Shown here: in pieces, positions 21,858 to 30,624 of the stretch
Position numbering within the stretch: the first letter of the stretch is position 1
Layout of the letters: the number at the start of each line of letters is the position of its first letter
Assembly (NCBI RefSeq): GCF_002836205.1
Contig: NZ_PJBE01000013.1
Location: 2,244,051 to 2,276,050 of the forward strand
Direction: 5' to 3'
Source of the DNA: Shewanella sp. Choline-02u-19
GTDB taxonomy: Bacteria; Pseudomonadota; Gammaproteobacteria; Enterobacterales; Shewanellaceae
DNA: 32,000 nt
Program-made: the position numbers and the translations under genes
The notes under the pieces: model-generated
Seen by the model: only the letters and a program-made list of their open reading frames with translations
What the model was told of the DNA's origin: nothing
Databases searched by the model: none

Positions 21858-22085
21858 TCACCTTGCCCGTTTTACCTTGTCGAGCAGGGGTTGCAACATA
21901 CCTTCAAGCCCATTGAGCTTCACTTCATACATTAACGCCAGTTGCTGCCCCAGCTTGCCCTCAGGAAAACCTTTTGAGTGAAACCACACCAAGTATGGCT
22001 CTGGTAATTCGAGTAAATAGCGCCCAGCATATTTGCCAAAGGGCATTTTCTGGCTAATCGCTTCTTGTAATAATGTCTCATCCAC
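21858..22085 (-). CDS. DUF3820 family protein
   Basis: 75 aa; MPFGKYAGRYLLELPEPYLVWFHSKGFPEGKLGQQLALMYEVKLNGL is characteristic of DUF3820. Confidence 0.85.
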   Translation of the reverse strand: MDETLLQEAISQKMPFGKYAGRYLLELPEPYLVWFHSKGFPEGKLGQQLALMYEVKLNGLEGMLQPLLDKVKRAR

Positions 22086-22423
22086 TGTGCTGCATCCGTG
22101 TTTATGACTGCTGCTGATTCATCGGCAAAGCCTAACATGGAGTAGGATTCAAAGGCGTCATTTTTTATAACGCGCTTATCGCTTTACATTCTCGAGCACT
22201 GAATGGGTACTAAGTGGTTATGACCCACGAACCCAATATAATCAATTAGTATATAAGTAATAGATAAAGGTCACTTTTGAAATATTAAACTTAAGAGTGA
22301 TAACGATATTACCTAACTACTGGGTAAACACACCCGTTTAGACTACATATTTACGCCCTAAAAACCACCTAAGCCACTAATAAAATTAACAAACAAGCTT
22401 AGTAAGCCTTTTCACTGACTGAA

Positions 22424-22500
22424 GTGTCAAAAAACCAACGAAAGCGCTTTTTTTGTCAAAAATACTTCATCAGTCAATTGAAATAAAAGTGTCAAAAATC
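22424..22500. promoter_or_regulatory. cluster of three direct repeats (G/T)TGTCAAAAA upstream of the ParA-like operon; candidate operator/centromere
   Basis: gtcaaaaa begins at 22426, 22455 and 22491 on the same strand, directly in front of the operon. Confidence 0.5.
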
Positions 22501-22656
22501 ATACCGTTGACCTTAAGCCTATCGCAGCCTAAATTAATGTTACAGCTGTTGCATTGGGTGACAGAAGTTAATAAAGCTATCCCAATAAAACCAGTGCGCA
22601 TCCAGCAGCTTCTTAACAGTCAGATAAATAAACGCGTACTTGAGGAAAAAGCATGA
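22489..22656 (+). CDS. small hypothetical protein, first gene of the ParA-like operon (start uncertain: GTG 22489, TTG 22453 or ATG 22537)
   Basis: VSKIIPLTLSLSQPKLMLQLLHWVTEVNKAIPIKPVRIQQLLNSQINKRVLEEKA; stop codon overlaps the parA-like ATG (ATGA at 22653-22656). Confidence 0.5.
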   Translation: MSKIIPLTLSLSQPKLMLQLLHWVTEVNKAIPIKPVRIQQLLNSQINKRVLEEKA

Positions 22657-23396
22657 TTATATTAGTTGGTGGTGAAAAAGGCGGTAGTGGTAAAAGCTGT
22701 TTAGCGCAAAATATTGCCGTTTTCTTAACAGCAGAATGCCAAGCTTCAGTGATTATGGTTGATTGCGATCCTCAACGTACCACTTCAGACTGGATCCATG
22801 CCAGAAATAACAACCCAGAATTACCCAGTATCAACTGCGTACAGTTATACGGAAAAATACGTAATGACTTACTCAGTCTTGAGCAACACTATGACTATGT
22901 CATTGTTGATTGTGGTGGCCAGGACAACCTCGCCCTTCGCGCAACAATGTCAGTAGCATCACATGTACTCATGCCGCTCAGACCTAAACGCCGAGACCTT
23001 AAAACCGTGAGTCATATGGATGATATTGTCGCAACATGTATGATGATTAACCCAAAAATGCGCGCAACATTTGTCATAACCCAATGCCCTAGTTTACCTA
23101 ACCAAGCTAACCGTATTTTAGAAGCTAAAGAAGTGTGTAAAACCTATGACATCAACGTTCTTGATGCCATTACTTATAGCCGAAACATCTATGATGACAG
23201 TGAAGAGTCAGGCTTATCTGTGTTGGAAATTGAACCACAGGGTAAAGCTGCCAACGAGATCCGTGGTATAGCCACCGAAATGCTACAAGTGACTAATGCA
23301 ACAGAGATACGCAATCGTATCGCCGAAAAACAGATGAAAAAGATGAGAGGTGAATATGGGTCTGACAGATCTCAAGAAAAACTCTACGCTGTCTAA
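22653..23396 (+). CDS. ParA/MinD/Soj-family P-loop ATPase, plasmid-partition type
   Basis: 247 aa; deviant Walker A GGEKGGSGKSCLAQNIAVFL, Walker A' VIMVDCDPQRTTSDW, Walker B YDYVIVDCGGQD, switch region RPKRRDLKT. SD gagga 7-8 nt upstream. Confidence 0.92.
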   Translation: MIILVGGEKGGSGKSCLAQNIAVFLTAECQASVIMVDCDPQRTTSDWIHARNNNPELPSINCVQLYGKIRNDLLSLEQHYDYVIVDCGGQDNLALRATMSVASHVLMPLRPKRRDLKTVSHMDDIVATCMMINPKMRATFVITQCPSLPNQANRILEAKEVCKTYDINVLDAITYSRNIYDDSEESGLSVLEIEPQGKAANEIRGIATEMLQVTNATEIRNRIAEKQMKKMRGEYGSDRSQEKLYAV

Positions 23397-23811
23397 GTCT
23401 ACTCATCATAAAATCCAGACATCTCAGTTAGCGTTAGATGATTTAATTGATGATTTCATCAATGATGCTAACCGCTATGCTGTCGGAGAAGCGCAACTTG
23501 CTCCCTCAACAAATAAGGTGATTGAGCTAAACTTTAACAAGCACCCATTGAATTTGTCTGCATTGAATGTTCTCGCTGACGATGTGTCCGTTGTAGCAAA
23601 ATCGGCAACGGTTAAAAGAATAACAAAAGGAAATGCTCCGTTTAGAAAATCAACATTCACATTGAGTGAATCTGCCATTGCCCATCTGGCAACCTTGGCT
23701 GATGACGGTGATGTTGCCAAGTCAAAACTAGTGCGCTTTTTAATTGAACATCATTTTAATAAGACACAACAAGAGAGAAAAGAAATAGAGAAAAGTATTA
23801 TTGTAGAGTAA
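23356..23811 (+). CDS. putative DNA-binding partner of the ParA-like ATPase, C-terminal ribbon-helix-helix-like
   Basis: 151 aa from ATG 23356 (SD gagagg; GTG at 23350 also possible); overlaps the parA-like gene by 41 bp in another frame; C-terminus FRKSTFTLSESAIAHLATLADDGDVAKSKLVRFLIEHHF resembles an RHH fold; N-terminal half looks flexible/acidic. Confidence 0.75.
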   Translation: MGLTDLKKNSTLSKSTHHKIQTSQLALDDLIDDFINDANRYAVGEAQLAPSTNKVIELNFNKHPLNLSALNVLADDVSVVAKSATVKRITKGNAPFRKSTFTLSESAIAHLATLADDGDVAKSKLVRFLIEHHFNKTQQERKEIEKSIIVE

Positions 23812-23826
23812 CCACCCTCCCAACTT

Positions 23827-23877
23827 AGCTGGCAGAAATGGAAACGTTTTTAATTATTGATCTGTCAGCCTTTTTTT
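23827..23877 (+). terminator. Rho-independent terminator closing the ParA-like operon
   Basis: GCTGGCAG ... CTGTCAGC followed by CTTTTTTTA; long (26-nt) loop. Confidence 0.6.
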
Positions 23878-24033
23878 ATCCTATCAAGACTCCATCAACT
23901 GCTTATTTCCCATAAAAAATCCCGATATTGCACTTTTATCGTTGAATTCCAACTGCCTAGTCCACATATCATTAACATTAGCCACATTATCGGTAACGAG
24001 GATCTTGGCTTCACATGTTAATTAGGGATTCTG

Positions 24034-24858
24034 ATGCTTGCGATTTTATTGATATTACTCATTAGCGGTAGCGCTATTTTTTGGATTGTTAGTCGAACAT
24101 GGCGTGCCAACCGGCGCAGAAAAATGCTGACTCAAGCGCCCTTTCCCCAGGCTTGGCGTGTCATTCTAAAAAAGCGAATCCCCTTTTTCCGCTCACTTCC
24201 TACAGATCTGCAACTGCAGCTGAAAAAACATATCCAGGTGTTTATTGCAGAGAAACAGTTTGTTGGGTGTGACGGTCTAGAAATTGATGATGATATTCGC
24301 GTGACGGTGGCAGCCCAAGCATGCTTGCTGCTACTCAACCGCAAAACTGACTTCTACCCACACTTAAAAGAGATCCTTATCTATCCATCCGTATTTGTCG
24401 TTAACAATGAACAACGCGATGCAAATGGCCTAGTGTCAGAGCGCAGTCGAGTTCTCTCGGGGGAGTCATGGCAGCATGGCAAAGTGATCCTATCGTGGCA
24501 AACCACCAAAGAGGGCGCAGCAGTGCCTGATGATGGCAGTAACGTGGTCATTCATGAGTTTGCTCACCAACTTGACCAAGAGGACGGTAATGCTAACGGC
24601 GCGCCTATATTAACCCGAACACAAGACTATGCATCTTGGTCAGCCGTAATGATGCAGGAGTACCAACAATTAGTTGAAGCCAGCCAACTGCAGCAATATT
24701 CATTATTTAGCTATTACGGTGCAACCAATCCCGCTGAGTTTTTTGCTGTGATTAGTGAAGTATTCTTCGAACAACCTCAAGCGTTTATAACCCAACATTC
24801 AGCGCTATATAAGGAGTTGAGCACTTTTTATAAGCTCGATCCTGTAAACTGGCAGTAG
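24034..24858 (+). CDS. mtfA: MtfA-family (M90) zinc-dependent peptidase
   Basis: 274 aa; VVIHEFAHQLDQEDGNANGAP zinc motif, YYGATNPAEFFAVISEVFFEQP, N-terminal TM. Confidence 0.88.
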   Translation: MLAILLILLISGSAIFWIVSRTWRANRRRKMLTQAPFPQAWRVILKKRIPFFRSLPTDLQLQLKKHIQVFIAEKQFVGCDGLEIDDDIRVTVAAQACLLLLNRKTDFYPHLKEILIYPSVFVVNNEQRDANGLVSERSRVLSGESWQHGKVILSWQTTKEGAAVPDDGSNVVIHEFAHQLDQEDGNANGAPILTRTQDYASWSAVMMQEYQQLVEASQLQQYSLFSYYGATNPAEFFAVISEVFFEQPQAFITQHSALYKELSTFYKLDPVNWQ

Positions 24859-25078
24859 GACTGTAGACCTATCGCACTAATTTTTGCGATCCTTTGTGAT
24901 GTAGCATAATGTATTCGTATCAGACTTAAGCGATGGCACCTAACGGGCTAAATGACATAACGCCCAGCTTGCTAAAACGGCGGCAAAAACAACCGTGAAA
25001 GAGCAATAGCCCCTAATACATTATTGAAAATACAATCGATGAGATGCACTAAAACAAAACCAATATCATGAGGGATTT

Positions 25079-25576
25079 ATGTTTAACCTACACCATAGAA
25101 CATCAACATTATGGCGAGCAACACTATTAACATTGCTATTATTTGGATTCAATGCCGCTGCGCAAACAAGCAGCCAAAATGATGATAAGCAACAAGCAGC
25201 AGCCCTTCTGGACCACCTTAATATCTATTCAGCTAATGCTGATTGGGACAACTATTTTGACCTGTACGCTGACAATGGCATATTTATCGGTACAGATGTC
25301 AATGAACACTGGGATAAGGCGACATTTGAGCAATATGCGCGACCCACAAAAGGTTGGCGTTATGACTTAACCAGCCGAGTAATGACTCAGCATGGGGAGG
25401 TTATCTGGTTTGATGAAATTCTTAATAGCGCATCTTACGGAGTGAGCCGTGGCACAGGCACTTTGATAAAGACTGAACAGGGTTGGAAAATTGCCCAATA
25501 TCATTTGAGCTTTCCCATTCCAAATGACATTGCAAAATCGATTACAACGCAAATAATTGCAGCTGACGCCCCTTAG
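25079..25576 (+). CDS. secreted NTF2/SnoaL-like domain protein
   Basis: 165 aa; signal peptide (TLLTLLLFGFNAAAQ) then LNIYSANADWDNYFDLYADNGIFIGTD...GTGTLIKTEQGWKIAQYHLSFPIP. Confidence 0.8.
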   Translation: MFNLHHRTSTLWRATLLTLLLFGFNAAAQTSSQNDDKQQAAALLDHLNIYSANADWDNYFDLYADNGIFIGTDVNEHWDKATFEQYARPTKGWRYDLTSRVMTQHGEVIWFDEILNSASYGVSRGTGTLIKTEQGWKIAQYHLSFPIPNDIAKSITTQIIAADAP

Positions 25577-25653
25577 CATAACGATAGCGCTTTAGAGTAT
25601 GGGGGTACACGTCCCAATTAACATTGAGAGCGTCAACTAAAAAAGTAAAAAGG

Positions 25654-27129
25654 CTACTTAACTGCAGCAGAAAAACAGACATTGGAAAGTTCAGCAAAAT
25701 GGCTAAAACCTACAAAATCCTCTTTGCTCAAGCGCCTTCCTGAAGTGTCTTTGTCGGCATATAAAACGCCAATCACCGTATGGTTCATAATCAAGGGCGC
25801 AACCATAAAGCCTGAAGGTGACGTCAATGCCCTTAATGTATCATCCATATAAAGCCGCCATTTACTTGAATGTGGATTATCAACAAACAGCGCACTCTTG
25901 ATTTGAATAGACTCTTGAAACAGATTTTTATCTCCATTGAGATCGATAGTAAAATTGTTTTTCATCTCAGCTGCACCGTCGCCTAATACGATACGCGGCT
26001 GCAATGCCTTGCGGTTTGGGGTGAGCAACAACACCGCACATCGGTCAACCCCCACACCTTTTAACACTCCCTGAAGCGTTATCGACAAGACCTGGTTGAA
26101 ATCAGCCTTGTTCAACGCACATTGCGTTAATGCCCGTAGACACTTTAACTGTTCAAACACATCGGCAGCTCTTATTACAGGCTGAGGCTCAGGGACATTG
26201 TGCTCAAGAATAAGTTGGTTTACATCTGGTAAAAAATCAATTAATACATGGGCGCCGTAAGCATCCGCCATGATTTCCGTGGCTTTATGACAGCGGATCA
26301 TGCGCGCTTTTAATTCATCAATTTCAATATTTAAAATATTGGCAGTTTGTTTTAAGCGTTTAGATAATTCCAGTATCGATGGCGGTGTTTGCGACAGAAG
26401 CTGGCTAAGTTTGTTGGCAAGAAAGATACTGCGAATTTCAGGGGTACGTTCATCAGGCTGACTAAGCGATTTTATCAATACACTGCCTAACCCCCAGCTA
26501 CGAGCGATACCGGCTGAAAGTTGTTGAAAGCTAGTGCCTAAAACCTCCCTAACAGCCTTGTCACGCTCCACTGTCGATTGGCATTTATTGAGCTTGGCGT
26601 CTAACACTAAGGTTTCTGCACAACCAGTCCCCCAAAAAGCGCTCTCTCCGATATGATAAAGAAGTGAAGCGATAAAGACCTCCTCTTGCAACTCCTCATC
26701 ATGATCGTGCATCAGCATTTTGGTTAACATCGCCGCCTGAAAAGCCTGCGCCATTAAACCCAGTAGACGTTTATAAACCCCTTCAGACAAACCTTCAGTT
26801 TCCAGTAGGCTACTCAGTAACTTTGCAGTAATACAGATATTCTTTATCGCATCAAAACCCAGTACTACCGCCGCCTTACTGACCGTGGTCACCTGAGTGA
26901 TGCCTTTACTGTAGGTGACGCTATTGGCCACTCGTAAAATTCGCGATGTAAGCGCGTTATCATGCATCACGCTTTGACCTAATATCGCCAGCGAAGAAAT
27001 ATCATCTTTAGCCAGTTTTTCTAACGTTTTAACTGTCGAGCATAGTGCAGGCATCTCCTGCTCACTGATCCTGTGCGTCCAATAGTCCGCACCTCTTAAC
27101 TTAGTATCTTGTATGCTGTTAGCTTTCAA
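25654..27129 (-). CDS. HDOD domain protein with C-terminal GAF-like domain
   Basis: 491 aa; PALCSTVKTLEKLAKDDISSLAILGQSVMHDNALTSRILRVANSVTYSKG...ISKAAVVLGF-like HDOD core; GAF-like region VDRCAVLLLTPNRKALQPRIVLG...PLIMNHTVIGVLYADK. Confidence 0.88.
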   Translation of the reverse strand: MKANSIQDTKLRGADYWTHRISEQEMPALCSTVKTLEKLAKDDISSLAILGQSVMHDNALTSRILRVANSVTYSKGITQVTTVSKAAVVLGFDAIKNICITAKLLSSLLETEGLSEGVYKRLLGLMAQAFQAAMLTKMLMHDHDEELQEEVFIASLLYHIGESAFWGTGCAETLVLDAKLNKCQSTVERDKAVREVLGTSFQQLSAGIARSWGLGSVLIKSLSQPDERTPEIRSIFLANKLSQLLSQTPPSILELSKRLKQTANILNIEIDELKARMIRCHKATEIMADAYGAHVLIDFLPDVNQLILEHNVPEPQPVIRAADVFEQLKCLRALTQCALNKADFNQVLSITLQGVLKGVGVDRCAVLLLTPNRKALQPRIVLGDGAAEMKNNFTIDLNGDKNLFQESIQIKSALFVDNPHSSKWRLYMDDTLRALTSPSGFMVAPLIMNHTVIGVLYADKDTSGRRLSKEDFVGFSHFAELSNVCFSAAVK

Positions 27130-27329
27130 ATGCGACTCTACTTATGGCAACTTAAGCGGCCAAACGTCTATGTAGGATATAGCGCTTTTTACGGGTTATT
27201 TTCAGCGCTGACTTTAGCAGTCTAATAGCATTAATTGTATACGAAATCGGCGTAGAATGCAGGATTCACTGGCCTTACGGCGACGTTTAACTGACATTTA
27301 TGGTGAATATGGGAGGCTTAAGAAGAATA

Positions 27330-27354
27330 AAAAAATGCGACCCCGGAGGGCCGC
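27330..27354 (-). terminator. distal intrinsic terminator downstream of aceB
   Basis: Minus strand: GCGGCCC TCCG GGGTCGC ATTTTTTTATT. Confidence 0.8.
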
Positions 27355-27413
27355 CAATCACAAACGTAAACAGTCATCACCATACTGGGAAGCAGGAGAG
27401 TACTCTTTTTATT

Positions 27414-27448
27414 AAAAACCCGCATAGTACGTAGGAATACTACGCGGG
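27414..27448 (-). terminator. proximal intrinsic terminator downstream of aceB
   Basis: Minus strand: CCCGCGTAGTA TTCCTACG TACTATGCGGG TTTTTAA. Confidence 0.85.
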
Positions 27449-27579
27449 GGACACAAGCCGCAAAAGGCAGCCAAACTGTAAAACCAATCAGCAACTAACA
27501 CTTTGTAAAACTGAAATTTTAAACCCTATTTTACATTCAATCTTTAAATGCACTGTTAACCTATTCTGTAAAATAAAAC

Positions 27580-29205
27580 TTATGCAATAAGGAGCTCATA
27601 AACGGGCTGAGTGATAAAATCAACCAGCTCATCTGCAGTCGTCGTTTGTTCAAGAATAACCGCGGCTTCGGTAAAGCGACCATGGGTGAATCTATCCGCC
27701 CCCACCTCCTCTTTAACGTGAGCCAGCTCTTGAAGCAACATGTCTTTAAACAAAGATTTTGTGACTAATGTGCCATTCGATAGCTTCTGCTGATGCTTAA
27801 TCCACTGCCAAATCGAGGTACGAGAAATTTCGGCCGTGGCAGCATCTTCCATTAAACCATATATAGGGACACAGCCATTACCGTTGATCCATGCCTCTAT
27901 ATAGCGCAATGCAATACGAATATTGCGACGCATTCCATCTTCTGTACGCTCACCTTTGCAGGCTGACAAGAGCTCCGGAGCAAGTATTGGTGCATCGACA
28001 TCGCGAGTGATATGCAGCTGATTGACATGATTATCTCCAATATACTGATTGAAGACTTCCATTGCGGTATCAGCCAAACCTGGATGGGCCACCCAAGTGC
28101 CATCATGACCATTTCGCGCTTCAAGCTGCTTGTCTTGACGTACTTTATCTAGGATCTGTTGATTCTCTTTGGGATCTTTTGCAGGAATAAATGCAGCCAT
28201 ACCGCCCATCGCTAACGCGCCACGCTTATGACACGTTTTAACCAACAAGCGCGAGTATGCACTCAGAAAGGGGGTATCCATTGTCACTGATTGTCTGTCA
28301 GGTAATATACGGTCACTATGGTTATTCAGTGTTTTTATATAGCTGAATATATAGTCCCAACGCCCACAGTTAAGCGCCACAATGTTTGAGCGTAATTCAT
28401 ATAAAATTTCATCCATCTCAAACACGGCAGGTAGGGTTTCTATTAAGCAGGTACATTTAATCGTGCCAGGTTGTAGACAAAAACGCTCCTCTACAAACGC
28501 AAATACCTTTGCCCACCAACGCGCTTCTATATGGCTTTCAAGTTTAGGAATATAGAAGTACGGGCCACTGCCCTTACTTAACAACTGACGATAGTTATTA
28601 TAAAAATAGACACAAAAGTCGAATAAAGCCGCGGGTATCGCTTGCTCTGCATAGCTTACGTGCTTCTCCAACATGTGTAGCCCACGTACACGACAAATCA
28701 ACACCGCAGGATCAGCAGCTAACGTATATGATTTACCCGTTTCTGCAGAGGTATAACTGATGTCACCGTTAATGGCATCACGTAAATTAATCTGCCCTTC
28801 AATCACCTTATCCCAACTTGGAGCAAGTGAATCTTCAAAATCAGCCATAAACACTTTTGCATTGGCATTAAGCGCGTTAATCACCATTTTGCGATCAACC
28901 GGCCCCGTTATTTCAACGCGCCTATCTTGCAAGTCATGGGGGATCCCTCTGATCTTCCAGTCACTTTCACGAACGGCTTTAGTCTGTTCAATGAAATCAG
29001 GCAACTGACCTTTATCGACAAGCCCTTGCTTTATCTTTCGGTTGGCGAGTAATGTCGGTACATCGTTAGCAAAGTGCTTACAGAGCGTTTTAAGTAAACT
29101 TACCGCACCTGCTGTTAATACCGTTTCTTGTCCACTGACAGTGCTAGCGGTAATCACAAGTTCATCTTCAACAACGCTATTATCAATTGTGATCTGTTCT
29201 GCCAT
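27580..29205 (-). CDS. aceB: malate synthase A (ATG at 29205 preferred; track ORF extends to 29247)
   Basis: 541 aa; DRRVEITGPVDRKMVINALNANAKVFMADFEDSLAPSWDKVIEGQINLRDAI, NCGRWDYIFSYIKT, NGHDGTWVAHPGL; SD GGAG upstream of MAEQITIDN. Confidence 0.96.
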   Translation of the reverse strand: MAEQITIDNSVVEDELVITASTVSGQETVLTAGAVSLLKTLCKHFANDVPTLLANRKIKQGLVDKGQLPDFIEQTKAVRESDWKIRGIPHDLQDRRVEITGPVDRKMVINALNANAKVFMADFEDSLAPSWDKVIEGQINLRDAINGDISYTSAETGKSYTLAADPAVLICRVRGLHMLEKHVSYAEQAIPAALFDFCVYFYNNYRQLLSKGSGPYFYIPKLESHIEARWWAKVFAFVEERFCLQPGTIKCTCLIETLPAVFEMDEILYELRSNIVALNCGRWDYIFSYIKTLNNHSDRILPDRQSVTMDTPFLSAYSRLLVKTCHKRGALAMGGMAAFIPAKDPKENQQILDKVRQDKQLEARNGHDGTWVAHPGLADTAMEVFNQYIGDNHVNQLHITRDVDAPILAPELLSACKGERTEDGMRRNIRIALRYIEAWINGNGCVPIYGLMEDAATAEISRTSIWQWIKHQQKLSNGTLVTKSLFKDMLLQELAHVKEEVGADRFTHGRFTEAAVILEQTTTADELVDFITQPVYELLIA

Positions 29206-29370
29206 CAACTTTATCTCCAAACTGTATCGCCTGTATGTATGCTTCATGAAACCGCCGACCTGCGGTGGTGTATCTAGCGCGGCTAAATACGGCTTCTACA
29301 ATGCAATGGACTCTTTTTCTCTTGAGTAGAAAATCGCAGCCCAACAAAAAACATACTCTGAGGTATATAC

Positions 29371-29417
29371 CCAAATGACCTCGAAATGCCGACTCCTGCA
29401 TTTCGAGGTCACTTTGG
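29371..29417. repeat. long inverted repeat / hairpin
   Basis: CCAAATGACCTCGAAATGC - CGACTCCT - GCATTTCGAGGTCACTTTGG; arms pair over 19-20 nt with one defect. Confidence 0.85.
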
Positions 29418-30624
29418 TTTATGTCGTTATTTGTAATAAAAGCTAACGATAAACCGCGACTGATGCAAGTAATCCCAGGTTAGTCACCCACTCAAAAGAG
29501 GATTGTAATCGCATGTGCAACATGGTTACCAACAGCTAAAAACTCATTCAATAACCACTAATAACAAACACTTAACCAAATACGATGTTTATGTAAGTTT
29601 AAAAATAAAGACCTGTAAGACCAGTTGACCAAGCAAGCTCGCTAGAATTACATTCCGTAAATTAATTACGACATGTAAACCATTTAATACGGTTGACATT
29701 GAGCATGAAAATATCGCGAATATCGGAAAGTGTTTACACTTCTCTTTGGCGTTAATCAAATAAATTCTTAATTACCAGCGAGTTAAAAGCATAATGAACA
29801 ATCATCAATGTAAACGACCGTTTAAATTTGACGTTTACGTTAAGTAGAAGTTAAGCATTTGGGTGTTAACAACTCAGGCCGAGGGTGAATAGTGACTAAC
29901 ATCACAAAAAATATTGGTTTTATGTTGAGTTTTTTTAAAATAATGACTTAAACCAATCTAATAGCCCCCATTTACAGGCCTACATTAGTGCAAAACTCAT
30001 CTTACCTGCTCGGCTGTGCCGCTAAACTTTGCAATGCAAAAATATGTAATTAGTCAATTTGCGACCGCCATTATTGAGAACAGCAGATTTTAACCAAGGG
30101 TATGGGCTGCTCCGTTGCGGATATCAACATATCGAGCAATTCATCGATATCGCTAATGAGTATTGCTACAACGACTCAGAAATAAATCAATACTCCATTG
30201 CACCAATAATCAATAGCCATTGCTCTAACTGCAGCAAAACGACATCTGTTGAGGCTTATTCATACAAAAGCTACCGAATAAGCTAACAACACCAAACCAC
30301 TGCAGCTCCCAATGGCCTCAACGAAACAATAAAGTCTTTAATTTCAATTAAGTGGATTAATACATCTTCATTTATCTTTTTCAAAAGATATTTTTCAGAC
30401 CCATTTAAATGCAGTATCGACACGCTAAACGCGAGAAAAATACTAATACGAATGAACTAATTACCTTCTCACGACTCAATATAAGCAGCTTATGTAGCCT
30501 CAGTGTTAAAACCGAGAAACAACATAGATTAGCAACCTGAGCAAACTCTGCGACAATAGCCCTTGTCAGATAGGGGATTGCTTGGGTATTATGGCCGACA
30601 GATTTTGATGAAGTAGCGCATTCA

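Noticed and set aside
22420-22500. CRISPR-like repeat array upstream of the ParA-like gene
   Set aside because: Repeats are only 8-12 bp, unequally spaced and three in number, with no cas genes; an operator/iteron reading is more fitting.
22086-24033. Larger integrated mobile element around the ParA-like cassette
   Set aside because: I saw no integrase, transposase, tRNA or convincing flanking direct repeats, so only the compact cassette itself is claimed.
27337-27448. Possible cobalamin-type riboswitch suggested by 'ctgggaagcaggag' on the plus strand
   Set aside because: None of the other conserved cobalamin riboswitch motifs are present; the hairpins are better explained as terminators of minus-strand transcription.
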